A stretch of 64,000 nt of DNA, from contig OZ024743.1 in the NCBI GenBank assembly GCA_964016885.1, forward strand, positions 320,478,001-320,542,000, in the 5' to 3' direction. This DNA comes from Eledone cirrhosa. Its lineage: Eukaryota. The notes beneath the pieces are model-generated. The model made no database searches, was not told the origin of the DNA, and worked only from the letters and a program-made list of their open reading frames with translations. Numbering within the stretch: the stretch's first letter is position 1; each line of letters opens with the position of its first letter. The position numbers and the translations under genes were made by a program. This document shows positions 13,125-23,800 of this stretch, in pieces.

Positions 13125-13770
13125 CTTCACCCACTTATTTCCAAGAGAGTCGTAGGGGAAGAGTCCTTCTCAAACACTCCTTCCAGCGAGTCTGTCAGAA
13201 TCAAACATCTCTAAGTGATCCAGCTGGATCCCAAAGCGTGACCAGCCAAGATCATGGATGTTATCCAACTATATTGCTCAGGGTCTACATCTGGGTCTCC
13301 TACCAGTTGGTTTTGCCAGTAAAATCTGTCCAGTGATGCTTTCCTGAGACATTTTAACCATATGTCCATAGTATCGGAGCTGTGATCTCTTAATTCAGAG
13401 AAGTAGTGGCTCTACCTGGAGTGACTCTCTGATCTCCGAGCTATGCACTTTATCGACTAAATTTACTCCAAAGACCCTTCAGAGGAACCCCATTTCGACC
13501 GCTTGTATTTGCAATCGTATTTTTTCGATCATTACCAAAGATTCATGACCATAGGTAAGGGTTGGCAGGAAAACCAGGAAGAAAGCGCGTTTGGATTTTA
13601 CACCTACCTCCCTTCTGATTACTGAATGCTGAAGCTGGCGCATTACTGCATCAGCTTTTGCAATTCTTGCACTAGCCTCCTGCCTTCCATCACTCGTGAA
13701 TACGGCCCCGAGATACCTGAACTTCTCTACCTGCTTCAGTTGAACTCCATTCACATGTATATGAATTTGA
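13125..13770 (-). mobile_element. RTE-clade LINE 3' fragment
   Basis: [43 protein letters not shown], typical of the RTE RT thumb/C-terminus. Confidence 0.75.
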
Positions 13771-13849
13771 GTGACTTCAATCCATCCGCCCGTCACACAA
13801 TGTGTGTGTTTGTGTGAATGTACGTGTGTGTAAAAGGAAGGTGACACAC

Positions 13850-13911
13850 CCATATATATATATATATGTATGTATATATATATATATATAGATGTATGTA
13901 TGTATATATAT

Positions 13912-13985
<74 letters not shown>
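13850..13985. repeat. (TA)n microsatellite (others at ~6423-6463, 17611-17672, 17952-17990, 18335-18530, 53740-53834, 59366-59420, 60840-60868, 61285-61375)
   Basis: Direct read. Confidence 0.95.
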
Positions 13986-13987
<2 letters not shown>

Positions 13988-14109
13988 CACACGCACATAT
14001 TCACACGCATCCCTAATTTAAGAATGCCAACAAACTCACGCGCGCGCACATACACACCCTGTCCTATTACCACTTAAGAGATTTTGCTGGGCAAACATCC
14101 CCTCAATTT

Positions 14110-14510
14110 TGGAATAGTCTGGGTTGTCCAGAATTGATGGGGGAAGACCTGACAGTCTTACCCTGTGCCCCTGGTCAAGAGGTAGGTGCCTTACCTAGGA
14201 CGTAACAGTTAGTGACTATTTTGCTTCTTCCCACATCCTATTTGCAGAGGTAAGGGTGAGAACTACAGCATCCGCAGCTGAACGGAACAAAATCCTAAAA
14301 TACCGTGTTCTGTCAGCTAACTACATTATCCAGCCTGTGGTGTTCGAGACGTTTGGGAGAGTCGGCCTACCAACTGCGAGGTTCTTATCTTCACTGGCGG
14401 CTCGCCTAACCGAGTTATCTGGTGATGCTCCTGGGGGTGCTTAGTTGTTCCAGCACCTCAGCTGCGCCATCACCCGAGGTAACGCTGCGAGCGTGCCGGC
14501 TTGCCTCGAA
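14110..14510 (+). mobile_element. CRE-clade non-LTR retrotransposon, restriction-like endonuclease fragment
   Basis: GRPDSLTLCPWSRGRCLT*DVTV...AAERNKILKY...PVVFETFG...LFQHLSCAITRGNAASV matches the CRE-type RLE signature. Confidence 0.75.
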
Positions 14511-14609
14511 AATTTATATGGATAATTGAGGAGCATTGACTGAAGGCTGTAATTAATGGAGAAAAAGTGATTGGGTCTCGCTTACAGAGTGAACGTTTCA
14601 AAGCAATAT

Positions 14610-15130
14610 GTCTGGCTTCAAATCCATTTCCCAAATTGGTGAGTGTACATAGTCATTGTGTTATTTATGCTATTTATCCCAAATGCAGTGCATACATTGT
14701 AGATGTTCAATATCGGCTGCATGTCTTCTACTGTGTGTGCAACAATATCTGCATCATCAGCATAAAGGAACCCCCTGACTAGAGTATCAAATGTTTTGGA
14801 CTTGGTGTTAAAATGTCGTAGATTATTGACTTTGCTAGAGATTCTAATTCGCAAGTAGACATCGATTTCGAAGACTTGGAAGGCATATGTCAGCAGCACG
14901 GCAAAGTAGATGGGGAACGAATGGTTGCAGGTATGTCGCCTTGTTTGAAACCGTTTTCCATTCATATTCGGTCTATAAGTGTTCTATTGAAGTTCACTTT
15001 TGCCTTCATATTTTCACGTTTTCTTTTTTATATTCCAACAAATTCAAGGTATCCAAGTTTACCCAATTTGACCCACAGTGTACTGCGATTAACAGTATCG
15101 AATGCTTTAGTAACTTTCAAAAATAATTGG
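14610..15130 (-). mobile_element. RTE (BovB-like) RT fragment
   Basis: TKAFDTVNRSTLW near 15075-15115 and NLRHFNTKSK..FLYADDADIVAHT. Confidence 0.7.
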
Positions 15131-15359
15131 AACAGCGACACTTGCTACTCAACACAATTCTGCATCAGCTGGCGGGCTGAGAAAATCGTCTCTCAAGTGA
15201 CTCGCCCAACTCTGAATATACATTGATTCACAGGGATGGACCCTGTGCAGATCAATTTTATTAGACGATTCAGCAAGACCAGACCAGCATAAACAGTTTG
15301 GACCCTTCGTTGGGATACTAATTAGATGTGTGTGTTTGTATATATATATACAAACACAA

Positions 15360-17290
15360 GTCATACGGCCTATCCGTAACTATAGACCTCAACCACCAAG
15401 TTGTCAACTTCCTGCACGTGACCCTGGAGTTGAGTACGGGCCTATATAAGCCATACCATAAGTCTGGAGAGAGCCTTTCTTATATTAATTATGCCTCCAA
15501 CCACCCTAAGCAGACTCTCAACTCCATAGTCTATAGCATCTCACATAGGATCTCGAGGCTCTCCGCCAATGGGGATATCTTCAACCAAGCGGCCGATTAC
15601 TACGACACCGCTTACTACGATAAGCGCCTGTTTTAACCGAGGAATCTCCTACATCCCTAATGCTAGCTCCAGAAACCACCCCCCTCATAAGACTAACGTT
15701 ATAGTAAGCCATATCTATAATCGATCACGCGGCGGCTTCGAAGGAGTCGGATGTAATAGTATAGTAAATAACACTAAGGAACACGGCCACAATGCTAATT
15801 ACACTGGTGATAGTATAGGTAGCTTACCACACAATAAAGATCACGACCCCGTTGACAGTGACCACTGTAGCGTACTCGAATTATTCGCCTACTATAAAAT
15901 CAACAAAGGCGACGGCCTACTACCAACGCCTTCCAACCAACATCTTCCTATACATAAACGTAGCAGAAAGAAGAAGAGTGCACCCGAGCATAAAGCGAAA
16001 AGGACACGTAACCGGCTACAGCGCATTAACATGCATAAGAACGGTCACCCTGATAGCACAACCCGTGGCAAACGTACTAAGATACGTAACCGCCACCGTA
16101 ACGTCCTATGAGTCCATCGGAGTGTGGCCTCCGACATACTTCGGATATTCTTCGAAGCCTTAGAGAAGAACTTCCAACCCAACCATAGGTATAGGAAAAT
16201 CCTTAATAGGAACAATATAAAAATATCCTTCTCTACTTCTCCTAACCTAGCAGACATCATAGGAACAACTAATCACAGTAAAATCACCAAGACACAGCAC
16301 CTTAGCACAGACGCACCTACACCTGACAACAACAATATCGGCCTTAACAACTCCCTAGCAGCATCCAATAGTGCTGGCAACAGCCACTACAGACGCAATC
16401 AACATAACCGCGACATGACTGGGGATTATGCAAATGACCTGCACGGGTCACCTGGCGGCAACGGAAGGTGCTGCTGCGTGCGGAATAATAATGGTACCAG
16501 CCCGCACGCAGTGGGTTATAAGGGGGCTAATGACAGGTGTGGGAGCGTAGGTAACAACGTAGATAGCAATAATAATAGCCTTACCGTGGGAACTAGAAGG
16601 GACCGCGACAGGAATTGCAACTGCCGGGACAGCTGAAACGACGATAGGCTGTACACACCGCTTAAAAATATCCTACTCCAGATCGAATAAGAACGAGGAG
16701 TGAAACCGTAAACCGGGTTTCCCTGCACCAAGCTTTAACACCCCGGCGGGTAGGCGCTGCAAAAAACATCCGGAAACTAACCATGCCTTCTAGACTCGGC
16801 ATGATTCGACCCAGGTGGGCAGGCGCTGCAAACAAACGTCTCGAAACAAACGTTGCATGCCTGACCCTGTGCGTATCGACAATGGTAAGGTAGTAGCCAC
16901 ATACTGGTAACGGAGAAAAAATTTGTCCGCAAAAGACTGCCATAACACGGGTCAGAGTTATCTCCCTTGACCTACTGCAAAATCAATACATGTTTTTTTA
17001 CGAAGAATGAACTCTGACGTGAACTTATGTCTAAAAACCCATTCGGGTTATGTAAGGAACGCTTTTTAGTTATTATGTCCTTGAGAAGCCCATTCGGGCG
17101 AAACGTACGTAGGGGCTATTTTAAATAAACATGTTTAATCTGTTATTTAATAAATATTTGCTCTACGGTTCTTATATATTTGATATATATTTATCCTTAT
17201 CGAGCCCTCTTTGGATTTTAGTCTTCAAATTTTTATTATTTTTATTGAATATATATAAAAGAAATAGGATTTCGCTTCAAGCATAGCTTT
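15360..17290 (+). mobile_element. Penelope-like element fragment of a second type (tentatively Nematis-like): RT thumb and linker, GIY-YIG deleted, 3' region with HHR
   Basis: VNFLHVTLELSTGLYKPY..SNHP..ISHRISRLS; FFEALEKNF..ILNRNNIKISFSTSPN; CNCR. Homologous to 63188-64000. Confidence 0.75.
17077..17116 (+). ncRNA. Minimal type I hammerhead ribozyme, U3:A8 variant
   Basis: GUCC-UUGAGAA-GCCC AUUC GGGC-GAAA-CGUACG-UA-GGG. Palindromic stem III; AATAAA lies just downstream. Confidence 0.8.
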
Positions 17291-17300
17291 ATACAATATG

Positions 17301-17606
17301 TATAAATATGTCGTATCTCCAAAGAAATACAGTTTTAGGAAGCCGTAGCCATGCAAACACCGGGGGGGCTAACGCCCTCTGGTTATGTCCAGCAGAAGGG
17401 GGACAACCGTCTATGCATTTCAGGTTTAACCGGCCTTCGTCAGGACGGTCCCTCCCACCGCTTGCGACTGGTGGACTAGAAGTTAAGCCTGAAATGCATA
17501 GACGGTTGTCCCCCTTGCTTCTGCTGAACATCACCAGTGGTCGTTAGCCCCCCGGTGTTTGCATAGCTACGGCTTCCTAAAACTGTATTTCTTTGAAGAT
17601 TCGAAA

Positions 17607-17614
<8 letters not shown>
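17301..17614. repeat. Long inverted repeat (arms ~130 bp, spacer ~50 bp), PLE-derived
   Basis: 17301-17430 is the reverse complement of 17482-17614 with few mismatches; abuts (TA)n. Confidence 0.9.
17407..17448 (-). ncRNA. Minimal type I hammerhead ribozyme, canonical core
   Basis: CCGUC-CUGACGA-AGG(CCGGUUAAA)CCU-GAAA-UGCA-UA-GACGG. 5-bp stem I; palindromic AUGCAU stem III. Confidence 0.85.
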
Positions 17615-17674
<60 letters not shown>

Positions 17675-17947
17675 CAGCTCTTACTTGCGACCTGATTTTG
17701 CGTGTGTGTCATTTTAACGGCCTGATCGCATGCGTTAGACAGGAAACGAAATATTGACTTACTGTGAAATTAGCAACCTTATAGTCTGGAAATAAGCTGT
17801 CTGAAGATCTAATTCTTTCCATTGGAAATTCTCTGGATTTCCAATCTTTGGATTGGTGAAACCGTCAGTAACAGCAATAGAACAGGTGATTATTTGAATC
17901 GTTTTTTAATTTATTTAGAGAATTGTTTGATAATTGCTTGCTCCGCT

Positions 17948-17989
<42 letters not shown>

Positions 17990-18066
17990 GTCTCGGATGG
18001 TAGCTAAAATGCTTCCATAGGCGGTATGCCGGTTGAGCACTCTATGCTCTTACAGAGCAGAGTATG

Positions 18067-18341
18067 ATATAATATAAAACGAAAAATCAGTGATGCATCT
18101 GAACTCAATTTATTGTGTGTTACAATTGTTTCGCCGGTGGACAACTCGAGACGCGATCATTGTGTGGATCTGTCTGATTCTGGACCCACGGGTTCGACGG
18201 ACACGTCTAATGATTTCGGAGAGCATATTCTCTCAGTGATCCACACAATGATCGCATCTCCAGCTGGCCGCCGGCGAAACAATTGTAACACACAATAAAT
18301 TGAGTTCAGATGCATCACTGATTTTTCGTTTTATATTATAT
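18067..18341. repeat. Long inverted repeat (arms ~104 bp) carrying an HHR 3' half and AATAAA
   Basis: 18067-18170 versus 18238-18341. The arm contains CCGGC-GAAA-CAATTG-TA-ACACAC-AATAAA. Confidence 0.85.
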
Positions 18342-18389
18342 ATATATATATGTATGTATATATATATATATCTACAGACAGATATACAT

Positions 18390-18436
<47 letters not shown>

Positions 18437-18494
18437 AATGCATGTATGTATATATATATATATCTGTAGTTATATCTATATCTATCTATATGTG

Positions 18495-18520
<26 letters not shown>

Positions 18521-18530
<10 letters not shown>

Positions 18531-19003
18531 AAATTGGGGAGAAAAATACTGCTGGTAGCACATGGATAACATGTAATAAAATAAGTCCCTCATCAGTGAT
18601 TTGCCGACGATCATAGATATTTCATTGCATTAAAAATCATATACCTCACGTCGGTGCAATAATAACTAAATTAAGTTATTAGGACAATTAAAACGCGTAA
18701 AGCGAGTGAGACAGGAAAACAACAAAGAGTAGAGCTAACCGTAGAGGAAGGAAACAAGCTTCATAGTTATTCTGTTAGCATAAGCTAGGGGAATATATGA
18801 GCGCTTAGAAAAAAGACCTTTCGCGAACGAATGCAATGTAAGAAAGAGATAAATTGCTTTCGTTGCGAACGGGGTGAAGTGAGGAGAGGAGGAGAGTAGA
18901 AACAGTGAGTGAGTGAGTGAGTGAGTGGAAGTGTGAGGAAGAGTTAACTGACATGACAGAGGGGGCGAAAGAAAGTAGGAGAAACAGAGAGAATGAGGGA
19001 GCA

Positions 19004-19081
<78 letters not shown>

Positions 19082-19200
19082 CGAGAGAGAGAGAGAGAAA
19101 AAAACAGAATCGCAGTTTAGGTAAATATATGTGATAAAATGGGGAGAAAAATACTGCTGGTAGCACATGGATAACATGTAATACAATAAGTCCCTCATCA
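18521..19200 (-). mobile_element. Non-coding unit with a 75-bp terminal direct repeat (period 605) embedded in (TA)n; contains (GA)n at 19007-19096
   Basis: 18521-18595 is repeated at 19126-19200. CTGATGA lies at the repeat edge on the minus strand. Confidence 0.5.
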
Positions 19201-19699
19201 TATATATATATATATATATAGAATTAAAAACGACAAACACAGAGATATAATTACACAGTCGTATTAGTTTCAGGCTTGTTGAAAAAAGAAAAGGAATATC
19301 TCGATTTATTTGATATGGGTCCTTCATTAGGAAAAGTAGAGTGAAGAGAAGAAGGGGGTTTGAAAGGTTAAAAAGAGGAAGAAAGAGTGTTTACTAGGTT
19401 GGGTAAGGTGCATGAGGAACCAATCTTGCGTGCTGTTGTGCCGACAAAGTAGATGGGGAGCGTCGGAATCTATAATTGTTACTGGTATACTGAGTGTGTG
19501 TGCGTCTTGGTTTTAGTTTTTGCTTTTGTGTGCGCTTTTTTGTGAGTGTGTATGCGTGTATGTGTGTTTTGGTAGTTTGCATTTTGTTCTTGATGATGTT
19601 ATGTGTTTTGGTGTGTGCGTGTATGTATGAGTGTGGTTCGGTATATGTGCCTGCTTTGGGCCTGTGTTGATAATGGTGATATGCTTTTTTGTGTGTATC

Positions 19700-20823
19700 A
19701 TTTGACATTTACTTTATTTTGTCGCGTTTTATCCTTAATCATTCGTGTTACCACTTCTAGGACGAGTGTCAACCAAGACTTGAGGGGTCTTCCTCCCCTA
19801 GAGACACGGCTATTCCCCGCCGGTCGCCATCCCGGTATTTCTTGGTCACGGGGTTTTCTTTTTTGTTGTTTTTTAAATTGTTATTATCATGAGTGATCCT
19901 TAATGTGAGCATTGCGTGGCTTAAGAATGAAATTATTATTAATAATATAATATACTTTTTGCTGAAGTTGCCTGTTATTGTTGTTGGCTATGTCGGTGGT
20001 GGTGCTGGGGCTTTTTCTATTGTTGGTGGGCCAGCAATGCTATAGTCGTTGACGTTTGACCGAGTCACTAAATCAGTCTATTTATATCTTTTGCTAGCCT
20101 CTCCCTTGTCTAGTGATACCGCCACCTTCCCCTTTCTTAAGTTAACAGGATGTAGTGGGGGAATAGTGGTGGTAGCAATGAAGGAGTGGTGGCGGCGGTG
20201 ATGGGATAGTGGTAGCAATGATGGATGGCGTGGTGGCGGCGGTGACTATAGTGATGTCGTTACTGGGTTTTGTTGAATAGACTGTAGTAGTATGCGTTTG
20301 TTTGATCTGTGTATCTATGCGGTTTGTCGCGTATGTTTAATATATGTGTTGACATATTTTCTTAATATTTGAATTAAACATTTTGAGAAAACTTGAGATA
20401 CAATAATACTAATTATTATTATTATGCTGGGATTGGTGGTGGTGGTGGTGAAATTGCCGCTATCTGGCTATTGTATTTAGTGTACACAGAGGGGTGATGG
20501 GATAGGTGGTGTATCTAATTTGTGGTGTTGGTGAAATTGCTGTTATTTGGCTGTTCTATATAGTGTAGACGGGGGGGGGGGGGTTCTTCCATTTATAACC
20601 ATTTTCATTTTTCAATATCAAATTTATAATACAAAATTGAATATTTGAGCTATATAACAGGATATTATGGATCCGAATTTTTCTGAGAGCAGAGTCTGGT
20701 GCTTTATGTATCATTTGTACTAAGAATTGTTATATCACAATTGTTTTAAATATGTTAAAAATCAAAATCTTACGGGAGCGATTTCATACCATTCTATCTA
20801 CCACGTGCGCCTTCTTCCCTTAT
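19700..20823 (-). mobile_element. 5' UTR remnant of a diverged Dong/R4-like element
   Basis: 20150-20823 aligns by eye to 34370-35163 (5' UTR of the intact Dong copy), ending at the same CTTCTTCCCTTA junction with (TTA)n. Left boundary is uncertain. Confidence 0.65.
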
Positions 20824-20846
20824 ATCTTATTATTATTATTATTATT

Positions 20847-23800
20847 GGCGACCTACGTAGTAAATCGTATCATCGTGAGCTCCACAAAGGTTTGTTGTTT
20901 TCAGTTGTTTAAAATTGCCATTTATGGAAAATTTTTATTGTTAACTGTATATAAGTGCACATACATTGTTTTCTGAAAAGGACAATCAAAAAGATTGGGG
21001 CCTTGAGCCCAACATTTAAACTTTTATAATTATCGAAAAAAATAATTTTCTTGAAAAATCATGGCCGACTCACAGCTGAACCAAGTAGCTGAGAGCCTTC
21101 CTCACAAACTAACACCTCACACCGACACAACCATTGTAAATATTACTACGTTTGCCAACACTAAAAATATAAGCAGTAGCAATATTTTAAATTTGTCTCA
21201 GGCAGACATTCATTTCCGCCATTACCAATGACTGCAAGTGTTGAAGCCGCCACCCCCACCACCACCACAGCGACAACAGAAACAAAAGAAAAAAATAAAT
21301 TATCTCGTGATATCGAAATGAATTCACCCAGAATAAACTCTTCCACACCGAATACCACTGACGCCACCACAACCACAACTGAAACTAAAATTAACAATAA
21401 CAAAAATAACGATAACAACAACAACAATAATGAGAATAAGAAAACCCTGTCTTTTGCAAGAGTAGCAAAAAAGTGCGAAGCAATACAGGTAACTCAGGAG
21501 GAATTAGAAGAAGCCAAAAGAATGGTAAAGGAAGATGGGTACAGGGTCAGCCTCACCCCACCTAATAAAATGAAGCATCGGCGTCTATGCACCGTGTCTT
21601 ATCGGACGATTAACATAAAATCGCGCCGAGTGGACCTGGCATCCGAGTCCCAAATCCAAAAAGCTTTGGGACATGTGTGGGCAAAAAAAACTCACATCAG
21701 ACGTGGGCAGAAATATGGAACCGTGGACGTGTTCTTTGAAACACCACAGGAGACCAGAGAACACTCCATGGCCCCATTAAGAAGTGACGACTTCACAAGC
21801 TATTGTGGCCAGAGACTCGTGAAGATCAGGGTGACCCACGTTCCACCGACCATCGAAATTCCCTGGCACCAAAATAATCGAAATAGCGAAAGAAAAGCAG
21901 GAGAACTGGTCCGGATCTGGGATGGAGCTCCTGATCCAAGCAGACCAAAAAGAGGAGATACCAGAGGTAATAGACTTCACTGACGGCAGCCACCTAACCG
22001 TAATCGTCGAGGGCAGAAGGCCTAGGTGTGACGTTTATGGTGAAGGAACCCACCTAAGGGCTTTCTGCCCTCAGGCTAAAAGGTTGAGGCCACCTCTCTT
22101 ACCCACAACAGTGACTCAACCATCAACACCACCAGCAGCAGAAATGGCACTAACAAATGTAGTAGCAACAACAGAAGCAACTGTAACAGCAACAAACCCA
22201 GCAACACTAGCAAAACCAACACCACCACCACCAAAACGCGCCAGAACTAGCACCAGCGCCTACACCATCCACCACGCCACAACCAAAACCAACGCCCATG
22301 GAGGATTTTCCACTCCCCGACCTATCGCAACTGGAGATAGATTGTGACAAGAGGAGTGGGAAACGGTATCAGGAAAAAAGAAAACAAAGAAAAAGAAAGC
22401 AAAAATGAAAAAATCCTCTTCCTCCCCCCTCCAAAAACAAAATACAGAGGGAAACACATAAAATATCAAACAAAAAAGTTAGGACAGCTATGCCACCATC
22501 CACACCAGCATCACCAACCCCATCACCACAAACACCAACACCATCACCATCATTAACCCCAACACCACCATCACCAACAGCACAAAAGTCACCAAAAAGC
22601 GAAACAGAAACAAACCCACAACAAACGCAAACAAAACAAAACAACCAAAACGATACACACTACACAACATTAAATTTGAACAACAACCAATTACTACATT
22701 ACATCCAACACAACACCAGTATCACAGAAAAAGACTACACAACAACCCAAAAGTTCACACCACCACCACATATACAGATCACTCGCATCACACAGAAAAC
22801 GTACACGACACTAAAACAAAAATTCCCCAAAGACATCGAAGACTTCTGACAAGCACTCTCCAGGAGGATTTATAAGGACATCCTTCCGGAGGCGGCCAGA
22901 AGCGGTGAAAAGGATGGAAAAACCATCCTTCCCCTACGAGAAGTAAGGTAAGTGGTCTATCCCATCTTTTCCACTCCATTTCAACATGACATCACTCAGA
23001 ATAGGCAGCATAAATGCGCGTGGCTTGGGGTCATCATGGAAGCAGGACCACCTGCTCAACTACCTCAGGTCACTAAACATAGATGTAGTGGCCATCAGCG
23101 AGAGCAGTATCTCCGATGCACGGACCTTCGTACCGATCTTCGGCGGCTACGATGTGTACGCATCTCCCAGCCGTCCTGGATCGGAGGGAAGAGTTGCTGT
23201 GCTTTTTCAGAAAGGTTTAGATCTCGCCATACGGGCCATCTTCCTGGACCCAGAAGGTATGTTGGTGGTGCTGGACGTGACCAGCGGAGACGGGCAAGCT
23301 TTCAGGCTAGTGGCCGTCTATGCCCCGACAGGAGCAGGGCGGCCTGATTTCTTCCGGCGTCTGGAGACCTTTCTTGGAACGTCCCGCTCTTTAGTGTTAG
23401 TGGGCGACTGGAACGGGATCTTAGTTGCACGCTGGGACTGTGTGGGATTAGCGGATAAGGAAGGAGGGTGCAAGAGCCTCACCAACCTGCTCAGGCGTTT
23501 TCAACTGTCTGACAGGTACCGATTGGATTTCCCGAATGTGCCAATGTGGACTTGGACAAATCGCATAGGGTCATCCAGATCATATCTAGATAGAGTACTT
23601 TGTTGGGAAATAGATAGGTCTAGCATAGGCTGTCCACAATTCAAGATAGTCAGCTAGACGGACCACAAATTCGTGATCTGTGTGCTTGACATAGATAGGC
23701 TTCATAGACGTGGACCCGGCTACTGGAAGCTAAACGCCTCCTTACCAGCGCGCAAGGCCTACAGAGACCGGATTAGCGAACTAGTTAAGCGGGCGTTGAC

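Noticed and set aside
13777-14073. YI/CV/HT-repeat ORFs (also 18331-19327, 53562-53919, 58246-58551, 60081-60465)
   Set aside because: Translations of (TA)n, (GA)n and (CA)n microsatellites.
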